A stretch of 46,364 nucleotides of DNA, counting the filler, from Jimgerdemannia flammicorona (Eukaryota): the NCBI GenBank assembly GCA_003990765.1. It is 2 parts of 2 records of this genome, joined end to end, with 100 filler letters (N's around TTAATTAATTAA, not from the genome) between each part and the next. Parts side by side here need not be neighbours in the genome. Positions count along the whole stretch, not along the records: positions 1 to 23,134 come from RBNJ01001154.1; 1 more part is not named here. One strand, given 5' to 3'. Each line of letters begins with the position of its first letter. Positions within the stretch are counted from its first letter, which is position 1. Positions 1-12,153 of the stretch are shown here, one piece after another. A program made the position numbers and the translations under genes. The notes beneath the pieces were generated by a model that saw only the letters and a list, made by a program, of their open reading frames with translations, was not told the origin of the DNA and made no database searches.

Positions 1-660
1 TGAGAAGAGTAAAGAAGGCTTCAATAAGACCTTCTTCATCTTGACTTGCTGGGTGTAGTGCAAGGAGTTCGGTGAATAGGGTTTCGCCTATTTGCTGGTT
101 TAACTGGAGTATTTCTTTCTTGGAATGAAGTTTGTCCCACTTGTTGCAGGTATGGAGGTCAAATTGTCCTTGTACGTCAGGTTCAATTCTCTCCAGATTG
201 TCAGATGGTTCAGGATAAATTCTAGTTCAGAGGTTGGGCTTTATACCAACTTGTAGGAATTCTTAGAAGGGTTTGTAGCGGGGTGAGGAAGCATCTTGAA
301 GTGGAATTGAATTGTAAACCACTGCTACCAAGTTGTTAGAGGGTTGCTTTTTAGGGTAACCGTTACATAGTTCTGGAAGGGTTTTCTGGAAGTTCTGGAT
401 ATTCTGGAAGACTATTTTCTTATGGTCAAGATCAATTTCATATGGAGTACATCCTCTACGCTTATTGATTTCAAGATCGGGTTGACATCTCAACCAAAGT
501 CCCTTTTTGGACTAGTTCTGGATGTTCAGGATTTTCCATATTTCAGGAAGTTCAAGAAACTAAGACCAGCTTAGTTGAATTGGTGTATCGCTGCAGACAA
601 TACCCAATTAGGAAATTTCGTGATGGGGTTAGGAGTAGGACCTAACAGAGAGCAGATTTA
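1..660 (-). pseudogene. Possible decayed ORF of unknown function downstream of the TATA box
   Basis: The frame of track ORF 263..493 continues both ways through scattered stops (IVCSDTPIQLSWS*FLELPEIWKILNIQN*SKKGLWLRCQP... and ...EEGLIEAFFTLL). No recognisable motif. Confidence 0.35.
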
Positions 661-817
661 CTTAAGAGTAGTTTGTGGGTTATGGAACAGGTTTATTTGC
701 TATTCATGATATTGCTATACTAGAAGTATTTGTGTGAAGGAGTATTGTGGGGAAGTATTCAGGAATGTTCTTATGTGTTCAAGTCTGTTCAAGTCTGGAA
801 TTCTGAGGTCTGGGGGA

Positions 818-956
818 GGGGGTATTTATACTAGTGAGGGGCTATCTGGACTATGCTAGATATGGATATAGTACTAAGTGCTTTGCTGAGTCAGAATGCA
901 GTCACATAGTACAAGTGTGATCTGACATGTCAAGAGATTGTCTGACTGCTGAGTCA
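818..956 (-). promoter_or_regulatory. TATA box with two upstream TGACTCA (Gcn4/AP-1-type) sites
   Basis: TATAAATACCCC on minus at ~818-830; TGAGTCA at 887-893 and 950-956 within an imperfect repeat of ~63-bp period. Confidence 0.45.
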
Positions 957-1019
957 GTTCACAGTCACATCATACAATGCTAATCTAACTATACTATGAC
1001 TGCTAGGCTATTTATGAGT

Positions 1020-2117
1020 TTAAGCACTGTCTGGGTAGTCTTCGATGACATCACCATCGATTGCATCATCTCTGATGAAGTAGTCATCTAGGAATAATGG
1101 TTTGTGGATTACTTCTCCTTATTCACTGAGGTAATAGTATATTGGAACTTTGTCTCCATCCCACAGGATAGCATCATCTGTCTTGTAGGCTGGATAAGAT
1201 GTTGGTGGGTGAAGGATGAGTGTATTGTCTTCGCTTTCATTAGATTCACTGTCTGCGTACCTTCTATAGGTTACAGCACTATGAGTTGCAGGGTTGTAGT
1301 AAGCTGGCAGCTGTGGTTCATGTCACTCATACTCAGGTGGTGGAGTGGTTGGTTCAATCTCGAGGGTTGTCTGGAGGTACAGGTTGTGTTCTCCGGTCTC
1401 CTCATTATAGTTGAAGTAGTCGGGAGTGAACACAGGTTGGTATTTATGCCAGTGGTCATTGTCCCAATAAGTCTCGTATGCAGTTATGAACTGTTGCAAG
1501 TTCATCGGCAAGTTTGGCAGTGTGATCAGGGTTGGCAGAGATCCTTGGCTAGAGGTCATGTCGGCGTCAGAGGGATCATTGTCTTCTGCTTCATCTTTGT
1601 CGAAGTAGATTATATCATAGACATCCTTCATGGCATATCCAACTTGAGGCATTTGCAGGATATGGTCATCAGGGTGTGGGAAGGTTCTGTCTGTGGTCTG
1701 CACATATTCGAGGTACTTGTGGTTGAGTTCTTGTATCATGTCATCGATTTGGCTGTAGGACAGGGTAGCAATCATTTCGCTGGTAGTAACTCGAAGGCAG
1801 GGAATAAAGGTATTGTACTCATAGAAGAGTTCTCGATGTTTGCGGGCGATGAGCTTCTGGTGTTGAGACATCTGGGTAATGTCTGTATCATGGTGGTGTT
1901 CGACTATGTCTTCCAGGAGACAGCCAATCTGGTAGTAGCTTGAGATTTGTCCAATTCAGTGGGCCTCACTAAGCATGTTCAGAGTGTTCTATTGGGCTTC
2001 CACAAAGTAGAGGAGTACTAGGCTATGGATATTCATGAGGGGCAGAGGGGGTGTGGCTCAGTTGACAATGGCATTCCAAATGTCAGCACAGATACGGTTG
2101 TAGATCTTGGTGGTCAT
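1020..2117 (-). pseudogene. Decayed ~365-aa ORF, distant homolog of the Gypsy U3 ORF
   Basis: ATG at 2117 to TAA at 1020 in one frame with no frameshift. Five internal stops (TGA, TAG, TGA, TGA, TAA), each one C>T from a sense codon. Includes track ORF 1323..1871. Confidence 0.75.
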
Positions 2118-2194
2118 GTTTGTGTGTTTGGAAGTTGTGGTTGTTGTTTGTGTATTTGTTTTGGTTCTCTGATTTGATGCATCTCAGTGCTCAG

Positions 2195-2300
2195 TATATA
2201 TGCATTTGGTCCTGATTGGTAAGATTCCGTTTGTGTAAATCTTGTATTCCGTGACTTCGTATTGACTCAGCTTTGTGCGCTGTGACTTCAGTTTGACTCA
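2195..2300 (-). promoter_or_regulatory. Putative promoter of the 2117 ORF
   Basis: TATATA at 2195-2200, ~80 nt upstream of the ATG; CCAAT at ~2215-2219; TGACTCA at 2263-2269 and 2294-2300; A/C-rich leader before the ATG. Confidence 0.45.
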
Positions 2301-2330
2301 GCTTCATGATCAAGCAGATGATTTCCAGAT

Positions 2331-2393
2331 TTGTTCAGAGGTCGCATGTAATTTCGGTGGCTTGTTCAGAGGGTGACATGTAATTTCGGTGGC
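2331..2393. repeat. Tandem repeat, 2 x 31-32 bp
   Basis: ttgttcagag...catgtaatttcggtggc occurs twice. Confidence 0.85.
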
Positions 2394-2544
2394 TTGGAGG
2401 TTGTGCGCTTACAGGGAGTTAGTCTAGAGGTATATAAGACAATAAGGCTGAAGAGAAGAGAAAGGTAAGTGCTAGAAGGACTAGTAGGTCAATGGCTAGT
2501 AGGGCTGATATAGGAACTAGTAAGACTACTGCTAGGCAGAAAAG

Positions 2545-2652
2545 TAACTACTGATAGTGATATAATAGGAGATCTGGTAAAAAATCTAGATATAACTACT
2601 GATGATAGTATGATGGAAGATCTGATAAAAAATCCAGATATGACTACTGATA
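2545..2652. repeat. Tandem repeat, ~2.3 x 48 bp
   Basis: taactactgat...gatctg.taaaaaatc.agata is repeated. Confidence 0.75.
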
Positions 2653-2657
2653 GAGAG

Positions 2658-5600
2658 AGAGTCTTGTCAGGCTATTGATATAGCTATTAGGATATATTAT
2701 ATTAGATAATAAGTAATGGAAGAGAAAAAGTAGAGTAGGGGATAAGGAGGTAGAAGAAAGAGAGAGGGGTTAAAAGAGAAGTTTGAACTTCAAGCCAATC
2801 AACCAAACTCAATTGAGTAGTTACAATATTAACAGGGTATCCTTTTTTGTGAATCAGAAAATTGGCCAAGGACTGACATTCATCAAATCAATCATGGTAA
2901 GATAAATAGAGTAATAATAGACAAAAAGTCTTATTTATAATATATAGATATAGTGTCTTCCTAAGGTGATTGCTCAACCAGTCAATAAACTATATACTAT
3001 GTAGAAATTTGGCAAAGTAACCTATACAGAATAGTGCAACTCAGATTTCTAAGTCCAAGTAATAGTATGGTCCAGCAGACAAGACTTTTCATTTAATATG
3101 ATAATGCAGAGGGTATATGGTATCAAAAATTGAGGTCAAGTCCATAATTGCAGATGTAAAGATAATCAAGTTGTCAATAAATTAGCAGAACTTTAGCCAA
3201 GTGACAATGACTCAGCTAAGTAAATGATCAGGCACTTGCAAGGCATACAACTTATGAGCAAAGCTAATAAGATTAGTAAGATCCAGAGTACAATTTGTAT
3301 CTATAGCAATATTAGTTACTGAGCAAAAGGAACTAATGGTAGATATGAATGTCATATGAGTCATAACTATACAGACAAGGCCTAAAACAGCTTCAAGTAG
3401 TAAAGAGCCAGAGGGGAATACTATAGTTAATAAAAAGGTAAGGCAGTCTATATATTCATCTAGTGTGATTCTAGTATAGAATATAGCAAAATCTCTAGTA
3501 GTGATGAAATAGCAAGCTGACATGTCTAGGTAGTACAATCAAACTAGTTATAAAAGTTCTAATATATTATGTAGAGGTAAATAATATGAGTAATCTACAT
3601 TATGGTATAGATGGGCCAACTATAGATGGAGAAAGCAAGATAGAAAATATGAAATCTTAGTTGTGGAAGAGTTAAAAGCTCTAATAATAGGGCATTATAC
3701 TATGCAAGCCTATTTGTATATCTTGAATAATATATGAAATACTAGTAACTTATTATTATTAGACTCTATAAAGTAGTTCCAGATTGACATATAACTTATA
3801 TCATTGATATAGAACTTCAATAGACCCATCAGGTCTAACCTCACCAATTTCTTAATATTATTAATTATAGAGATACATATTATTCACATATACAGGATTG
3901 TGAAGAAGAAACCAAAAACTGTCAAGATATAGAGCATATAGAATTATAGTGAACTCTAGATTTTTGTCAGTAAGACAGACTGTAAAGTCATCATGAGTAT
4001 AAATATCTTTAAGAAGGCATTAGAACTTCTTCAGTATAAGTATGCTGGATATATTTATTGTGGGTCAGATAGCTTGATTTAATATAGCACTCATATGAAG
4101 CATAATTTGTATATTTTTCATATAGTGTGGTAGTTGCTATTTTGATGACACCTAGGTAGAGATCTCTGAGATTTCATTAGAATTACTTATAGAGGTCCAG
4201 AAGATAGCAAGGTTGAGCCACTATTGGAATAGTGACAACAAAATCAGATCAATAGTACTGTTTATCAATACCAACCTGAGGAGAACAAACTTAGGACCAA
4301 AGTTCAGCATATATATATGTAAGTTTAAGGGTAAGTCAAGATAGAGATATATTAATAACAAAGCTCTCCTTAGTAAATATCTGAAACTAAAGGATAACAA
4401 ACTGACTTAAGCATGAACTGAAAATAGTAGATATGAAGGCAAAATCCTGAATTAGTGTCAAGACTACTACTCAACATGAAATAGAGATATTAGGGCCAAA
4501 CCATGCTACCAGGAAGTCATAAAAAACTCCTAGGCTAGAGACCTCTAGTTTTTTGAAGCTAGAGGACAAACATTACTGGTATTGTGCCAGATAATATAAT
4601 TTTTGACAGTAGTATACTTGTTGTACTGTAGTACAAATACCCTGATAGTGCTCTTAGATGAGCAGCTCAAAGTCAATAAGTGGCTGGTCCTAGTAGAAGT
4701 GGAGAAAATAGACAAAAAAGGAGAAGTTCTTTATACTCACTTGATCTCTTTTATAGAACCCACTGATGCAGTAGAGGCTAGGGAGCAAGGATCCAATAGG
4801 CCTTCATAGGTACACTGAGATATTCAGAACAGTTGCAGTAGTTCAGTATAGTAGAGACTGAAGTCATACTTACTATCTTAGTCTTTCTCATAGTCTCCAC
4901 AAGTATAATAGTTAAGGGTCAGGTTGGAGATACTCTTTTTTGACTGGACAGAATCAGTAGCAGTAAAAGTAAATATATACTTAGTGCTCAGAGTAACTAT
5001 TTCAGGGTACTTCCCAAGCTTCTCAACTATAACTTTGCAGATAGTAACTGCAATCTCTTGAAGAAATGAGAAAGCAGAGACTATTAGATAAATGGTAGCA
5101 GCAGTGGCCTTAGTGGTAGTGGTTTTTTCCAGTTGGTAAAACTAATATACAATAACATCAAAACTATGAAGGAGGAAGACATTAGCCTTTGCTTGTTCAG
5201 CAGTAGTGATAATGGTCATATTCTTACTAAAACCTTACATGAGATCCTGAAAAATTTCAGGGCCTCTGTGGATACAGATATAGTAGAGTCAATTTTGGTA
5301 TACTGGTCCTTAGCATATGTGGCAGCAGTGATATTCTTAGTCACAGCAGTCTTGATTATAGCCTCAGTATAGCACTTAGCTTCTATAGAAGTAGTAGCAA
5401 GAGCTATAGTATACTATTCCTCTCTAAGGAGAGCAATCACAGCAGAAACCTTTTTAGAAGAGGTAAACTTCCAGTTGGCAACTTGGACCCATAAGAAGTT
5501 AGTGCAGCACTCATATATAGTAGCAACCTTGAGGACATAGAGTACTTTAGTACAAGCAGTACAGAAGATAGCAGGGATCTCAGCAGAGATAGCAGTCAAG

Positions 5601-6228
5601 TAGATAGCCAGATCATTAAAGTTTACCAAATTGATGAAAAAAGCAGAGGAGATAGTAGTATCACTATTTATATTCATATTATCTATCATATTGTTTATTA
5701 TTAAATATATAAATAATAGAAGAAAATGTTATATTGAGATGTAATGCTGATATAGCAGATATGAAGATTAGTAGTAAAAGTCAAACAGAAAGTGATCATA
5801 ATCAAGCTTATGTAAATTTCATAATAGAGCAAAAAGATAGAATAAAGTGTTTTCTAAAGCAAGATGCAATTAATCTATAATCTACTAATAGCATTACAAT
5901 ATATAATAGTCTTTATTCAAATTGATAAATAAGATTTAGTTACAAAAAATATAGATCTAACCCCAGAATTCTGAAATTGGAATAGTGTTTATAAGACCCA
6001 GATCTTGATCCAATCTAAACAGTAGTCTGAATCAGATTTTGTCAATCTATGTATATAATAGGCTATTAAAAATCCAATATAGAAATGATTGATAAAAGGT
6101 ACTAGTAATATGATCAAAATATGTTATACATATATAAATAATACTAAAAATGAAACTAGATTAATAATGGTCATGTGTAGTCATATAATTATCACTTATA
6201 GGTTTAAAAATACAAAAAATTGCTGGAC
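2658..6228 (-). mobile_element. Penelope-like retroelement, inverted arm A
   Basis: Reverse complement of 6378-11734 (ignoring insertions) along its whole length; carries degenerate PLE RT motifs. Confidence 0.85.
2770..5689 (-). pseudogene. Decayed Penelope-like RT ORF (arm A)
   Basis: RDFAIFYTRI (motif A), NIAIDTNCTLDLTNL (GIAMGTNCAPxLANL), FIDNL (F/YIDD), YLDLEI, SNHL (SNHP), KGYP. Confidence 0.8.
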
Positions 6229-6425
6229 AATCTTCAGTATGAGACTCTAGGCCTGATATCTATATATCTATACTCTATAATACCTATCTACCTCTACTCA
6301 CTTCACTCACTCTAGTGTCAAGGCTTTACTCTGCTCTGGTTATAAGGCTTTAGGTCTAATATCTATATCTTTGAGTATCAGTAATTTTTAGGTTTTTAAA
6401 CCTATAAGTGACAATCATATGACTA
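6178..6425. repeat. Centre of the palindrome: ~150-bp spacer between inverted arms
   Basis: tagtcatataattatcacttataggtttaaaaa pairs with tttttaaacctataagtgacaatcatatgacta. The spacer holds a ~28-bp direct repeat (6238, 6341) and recurs at 11888-12090. Confidence 0.85.
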
Positions 6426-6476
6426 TAGTCTGTCAATAATATATAATAAGTTTCATCAAAATCTGCCAAGCTTTCA

Positions 6477-6479
<3 letters not shown>

Positions 6480-6516
<37 letters not shown>

Positions 6517-6610
6517 GTTACTTAGACTTTGCTATTTATTACCAGTTTATTGAAATAATTACAGTACCCCCTCTCACTACTCAATTCCCATAGGAGTACT
6601 CCCCCTATAC
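6480..6610 (-). mobile_element. Short poly(A)-tailed retroposon fragment (SINE or 5'-truncated LINE)
   Basis: ~34-T run then atagttacttagactt and TTTATT (AATAAA on minus). Similar start to the 44167 insertion; absent from arm A. Confidence 0.6.
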
Positions 6611-9600
6611 TATATATATGACCATTATTGATTTAGTTCTGTTTTTAGTATTATTTATATATATATAATATATTTTGATCATGTGACTGATATCTTTTCC
6701 TGATTATTTCTATATCAGGTTTTTAATAGTCTATTATGTACATAGATTGACAAGATCCAATTCAGACTCTGTTTAGATCAGATCAAGGTCTGAATCTTAT
6801 AAATACCATTCTAATTTCAGAATTCTGAGATTAGATCTGTATTTCTCATAACTAAACCTTGTTTATCAATTTGAATAAAGACCATTACATATTGTAGTAC
6901 CATTAGTGGGTTGTAGATCAATTGCATTTTACTTTAGAAAATACTTTATTCTATCTTCTTACTCTGTTATCAAATTTATATAAGCTTGATCACTTTCTAC
7001 TTGACTTTTACTACTGACCTTCATATTTACTATATTAGTATCATATCTCAATATAATATTTTTCTCTATTATCTATATGTTTAATAATATATAATATGAT
7101 AGATAATATGAATGTAAATAACAATACTGCTATCTCCTCTGCTTTTTTTACCAATTTGGTAAACTTCAATAATCTGGTCATCTACTTGGCTACTATCTCT
7201 ACCAATATCTCTACTACCTTTTATACTACTTATACTGAAGTACTCTATACTCTCAAGATTACCACTATGTGTGAGTACCATACTAACTTCTTGTGAGCCC
7301 AAGTTGCCAACTGGAAGTTTACCTCTTCTAAGAAGGTTTCTACTATAATTATCCTCCTTAGAGAGGAATAGTACACTATAGTTCTTACTACTGCTTCTGT
7401 AGAAGCTAAGTATCATACCAAGGTCACAATTGAGGCTACTATAACTAAGAATATCATCACTGCCATATATGCTAAGAATCAGTATACCAAAATTGACTTT
7501 GCTATATCTGTATCCATAGAGGCCCTGAAATTTTTCAGGATCTCTATGGACCTTATATAAGATTTTAATAAGAATGTAGCCATTACTACTACTGCCAAAT
7601 AAGTGAAGGCTAATATTCTTCTTCTCTGTAGTTTTGACATTGTCATGTATCAGTCTTGCCAACTGGAAAAAGCCACTACCACTAAGGCTACTACTGCCAC
7701 TATCTGCCTGACAGCCTCTGCTTTCTTATCTCTTTAAGAAGGGATTACAGCTATTACCCACAAAGTCATAGTTAAGGAGCTTGGAAAGTACTCTGAAATA
7801 GTTACTCTAGATGCTAAGCATATGTTTGCTTCTGCTACTACTGATTCTGCCCAGCTGAAAGAAAGTGTTCCCACTACCCAACCCTCAACTATTGTGCTTG
7901 CAGGGACTATAAGAAAGGCTAAGGTAGTGAGTATAACTTTGGCCTCTACTGTGCTGAATTGCCACAACTATTCTAAATGTCTCAGTGTGCCTATGAAGAT
8001 CTATCAGAGTCCTTGTCTTCTAGTCTCTACTATATCAGTGAGTTCTATAAAAGAGATCAAGTGAGTATAAAAGACTTTTTCTTCTCCATCTGTTTCCTTT
8101 ACTTCTACTAGGATTAGCTATTCATTAACTTCAAGCCACTTATCTAAGAGTACTGCCAGAGTATTTATACTATAGTACAACAAGTATACTACTGCCAAAC
8201 ATCATATTGTCTAGTATAATATTAGTAATATCTGTCCTCTAACTTCAAAAAACTAGAGGTCCCAAGCCTGGGAGTTTTTTATGACTTTCTAGTAGTGTGG
8301 TTTGGCCCTAATGTCTCCATTCTATATAGAGTAGTGGCCTTGATACCAATTTAGGATTTTGCCTTCATATCTACTCTTCCCAATTCACACTTAAGTCAGT
8401 TCTTCATCTTTCAGTTTCAGATGTTTACTGAGAAAAGCTTTATTACCAATATACCTCTATCTTAGCTTACCCTTGAGCTTATATATATACTGAACTTTGG
8501 TCCTAAGTTTGTTCTCCTTGAGTCAGCATCAATAAACAGTACCATCAATCTGATTTCATTATCATCATTCCAACAATAGCTCAACCTTGCTACCTTCTGG
8601 ACCTCTTGACAATATTCTGGAGATCTCTACCTAGATACCATCAAAATAGTGATTACTATACTATATGGAAAATATGCAAATTATACTTCATATGAGTGCT
8701 ACATTAAATCAAGCCATCTGACCCATAAAGAATATATCCACATACTTATACTAAAGAAGTTCTGATGCCTTCTTAAAGATATTTATACTCATAATGACTT
8801 TACAGTCTATCTTACCAATAAAAATCTGGGGTTTACTATAATTCTGCATACTCTATATCTTGACAGTCTTTGGTCACTCCTTCATAATCCTGTATATATG
8901 AATGATGCCTCTATAATTAATAATATTAAGGAATTGATAAGATTATATCTGATGGATCTATTGAAGTTCTGTATTGATAATACTAGTTATATGTCAATCT
9001 GAAACCATCTCATAGAGCCCAACAATAGCAAGTTACTAATATTTCATATATTGCCCAAGATATATAAAGAGACTCATATAGTATGGTGCCCTATCATTGG
9101 AGCTTTTAACTCTCCTATGACTGAGATTTCATATTTTCTATCTTACTTTCTCTATCTATAGTCAGCCCATCTATACTAAAATGTAGGTTACTCATGTTAT
9201 TAATCTCTATATAATATGTTAGAACTTTTACAACTAATTCAATCAGACTATCTAGATATATCAGCTTGCTGTTTCATCACTACTAGAGATTTTACCATAT
9301 TCTATACCTGAATTACACTAGATGAGTATATAGACTATCTCACCTTTTTGTCAACTGTGGTATTTCCCTCTGATACTTTGCTACTTAAAGCTATTTTAGA
9401 CCTTATCTATATAGTCATAATTCATATAATATTTATATCTACTATTAGTTCCTTCTACTTAATAACTAGTACTACTATAGGTATAAATTATACTCTAGAT
9501 CTTACTAATCTTACATATTAGCTTTACTTGTGAGTTTCATATCTTACAAGTACCTGATCATTTACTCAGCCAAGCTATTACTGCCAGGCTAAAGTTCCAC

Positions 9601-9910
9601 TGATTTATTGATAACTTGATCATCTTTATGCCTGTGATTATAGACTTGGTCTCATTTTTTGATACTATTATAATAGTGACCCCAGAATGATGACATCAGC
9701 ACAGGAGATGGCCTTTCCTTGCAAGCCACCAGATTGGAACACAAGAAGATCATATGGTATACAAGATGAGCAATAATGACCAACTGTAAGTCATTGTGAC
9801 CACAGTACAAGCATTCTGAAGAATATAAAAGAAGGATCAAGGAACCGCAGTAGCAGCAACTAACAAGAACCACCAATCCCAAAATAGCTCAAAGACTTAC
9901 CACAAATGAA

Positions 9911-10725
9911 ATGCCTGCTGTCCACCAAACCTCAAGGTCAAGGAACCACCAAGGTATCTCAGTTGAAGAAAGAATATTCCAAGACATCAGAAGAGCCATA
10001 AGAACTCACTCAAGAAGGACTCCTAGTGTCAATCTGGGTACTGCAGACCCCTATCACTTTATCCTCTACTGCTGTGAAATGGAAACAAGGATCACCATTG
10101 CTACTGAATGCCTCCAAATGTGGCAGGAGTATGAAATAGGAAACCTCCTCTGCCAGGAGTTCCCACAGGCCAGTACTCAAGAGCTACAAGATGCCACTCC
10201 TATAGATATATGTGAAACAAGGACAGCTAAGAAGATCTATCAGATCTTTAGGCATGTAACATGGTCGATCTCCAACTTGGAGTATGTTAGAGTCTCAGAT
10301 TTCAGAGACCTATCATCCCACCATATCAATGCACTAGAAGCCAGAGTGACTATAGAAGCCCAGTCCACTATTACCCTCAATAGTGATAAAGTAGAAGACT
10401 TCTGGTCCAGGACAACCCAGACCAATTCCTGCAAGGGTTGATCTCAGTATTCTAAGGCCCAAGCATCCAGGTTTGATCTCTCCAAGACCCCACATTTGTC
10501 CCCTATTTTGTAGAAGAGAATCTCATAGACTGGAGAGCTTCAGATCTTGTTCCCGATTTCCCCACTGCTGAACATAATGATGTCATCAGTGATGACATCA
10601 TCCCACATAACATTGAAGTATACGAAATGTGTGACCTATATGACAAATTCATGGATCTTATCTCCTTCAGTAATGATGATGATGATGATAATAAAGTCCC
10701 TATGGTCCTGAACTTTCTGCTCTAA
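9911..10725 (+). pseudogene. U3-encoded ORF, copy 1
   Basis: Open for 176 aa (MPAVHQTSRS...); a ~10-bp deletion near 10405 shifts the frame; ends MVLNFLL*. Confidence 0.75.
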
Positions 10726-10732
10726 GTTCTTT

Positions 10733-10935
10733 GTTATACTGGATAATGCCAGCACCAGTATTCTCATGTAATACTGGATAATGCCAGCACTGGTATTCTG
10801 AGGTGATGTGAAATTGTTCCAACACTGGTATTCTTATGTAATACTGGATAATACCAGCACTAGTATTCTGAGGTGATACAAAATTGTTCCAGCACTGACA
10901 TTCTGATGTGACACTGAATTATACCAGCATCCTGA
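10733..10935. repeat. U3 tandem array, ~35-bp unit x ~6
   Basis: Variants of gtaatactggataatgccagcactggtattct between the ORF stop and the TATA box (~11027). Confidence 0.8.
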
Positions 10936-11887
10936 ACCTATACAACTATCAGTGCCAACCCTAGGACTTAGTAGTTTTAGAATTTATATTTAGCTTTATA
11001 TCTTAGCAACCATTGAATTATATTTTGTATAAATATCCCTCTTATTTCCTCTAAAATAAAGTTAGTCAACTCAGTGCAATACACACACTTCCTTGCAAGC
11101 AATCTAAGAGATAATAAGATAGTTAAAGATAAGAAGTTTGAGGACTATAAGACCTTGAGAAGGCACTCCAATAAGAACTTGCTTATAACAAACTTGAGTT
11201 AGTCTAAGAGATACATCTTGAAGAGAATCTGGTATATTTGAAGAACTCAGTGACCACTATGTGATACTATATACTCTCTCTCCATATTATTGTATCAAAT
11301 AAGAAGTCTTGTCTGCTGGATCATGCTATTACTTAGACTTGAAAATCTGAGTCACACTATTCTGTATAGGCTGCTTTATCAAATTCCCACATAGTATATA
11401 GTTTATCAACTGATTGAGCAATTACCCTAAGAAGACACTATGTCTATATATTATAAATAAGACTCACCACCTATTACTACTCTGTTCATCTTACTGTGAT
11501 TGGCTTGATGAATATCAGTCCTTGGCTAATTTTCTAGTTCACAGAAAAGGATACCCTATTAATGTTATAATCACTTAATTGAGTTTGGTTGATTAGCTTA
11601 AGGTTTGAACTTCTCTTTTAACCCCTCTCCCTTTCTCTCACCCTCTCCATCCCCCACTCTACTTTTCTTCTCCCATTACTTATTATCTAATATAATATGA
11701 TATAATAGCTACATCAATAGTCCAACAAGACTCTATGTACTGCTATACTTTATTTTGGTTTCTCTGAGGCCACCTAATGACCAATCATCACCCAGAAGAA
11801 TAGTTTTATCATTCTTAATATAGTCTCAAATACCAGTTTTACTTTAAGACCTCCTTGAGATCACACTGCTAATATATGCTATATGAT

Positions 11888-12153
11888 GTTTAAAAACACC
11901 AAAAATTGCTAGACAACCTCTAGTATAAGGCTCTAGACCTAATATTTACATACTTATACTCTGTGATATCTATCTACCTCTGCTTGCTTTATTCATTCTA
12001 GTGCTGAGGCTCTACTCTTCTCTAGTCACAAGACTCTAGACCTGATGTCTGCACCTTTGAGTACTGATGATTTTTAGATTTTTAAACCTATAAGTAATAA
12101 TAATATAACTACATAACTGTCATTGGTCTAGTTCTGTTTTTAGTATTGTTTAT
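11888..12153 (+). repeat. Downstream direct repeat (pseudo-LTR-like) of the PLE leader, part 1
   Basis: Matches 6203-6425 plus 6612-6658; split by E1. Confidence 0.8.

Larger units (their letters stand above)
1..2413 (-). mobile_element. LTR-like segment of a second retroelement family, running off the left edge
   Basis: Minus strand begins TGTAAGCG at 2413, followed by tandem repeats, an ORF homologous to the Gypsy U3 ORF, and TATAAATACCCC (~818-830), the same motif seen in the Gypsy LTRs. The other end is outside the window. Confidence 0.5.
9669..11266 (+). mobile_element. Solo LTR of the Gypsy family, 4-bp TSD CTAT
   Basis: Homologous to the E1/E2 LTRs; CTAT at 9665-9668 and 11267-11270; empty site visible in arm A (~3117); termini TG..CA mutated to TA..TA. 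Confidence 0.92.
7096..11640 (+). pseudogene. Decayed Penelope-like ORF (~980 codons excluding the solo LTR), no GIY-YIG seen
   Basis: Ala/Thr-rich N-terminus; TNKNLG (DKNLG) ~8815; FHILPKIYK..CPII (LPKIHK/RPI) ~9040-9100; RDFTIFYT ~9287; FIDNL ~9604; SNYP ~11417; KGYP ~11547. Confidence 0.8.
6200..11734 (+). mobile_element. Penelope-like retroelement, arm B (interrupted by a poly(A) fragment and a solo LTR)
   Basis: ~900-bp leader, then a long decayed ORF with PLE RT motifs; homology to arm A resumes directly after the solo-LTR TSD at 11267-11270. Confidence 0.85.

Noticed and set aside
1104..1943. 279-aa plus-strand ORF
   Set aside because: Antisense shadow (Val/Leu-rich, GTG start) of the minus-strand ORF that has the promoter and the homolog.
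2770..5689. Telomerase RT or retroplasmid RT
   Set aside because: DKNLG, GIAMGTNCAP and SNHP/GYP motifs fit Penelope-like RT; no T motif seen.
6178..6425. Apparent 250-bp MITE with ~48-bp TIRs
   Set aside because: The inverted match continues for kilobases; it is the centre of the PLE palindrome.
10733..10935. CRISPR-like short repeats
   Set aside because: No unique spacers, no cas genes, eukaryotic LTR context.
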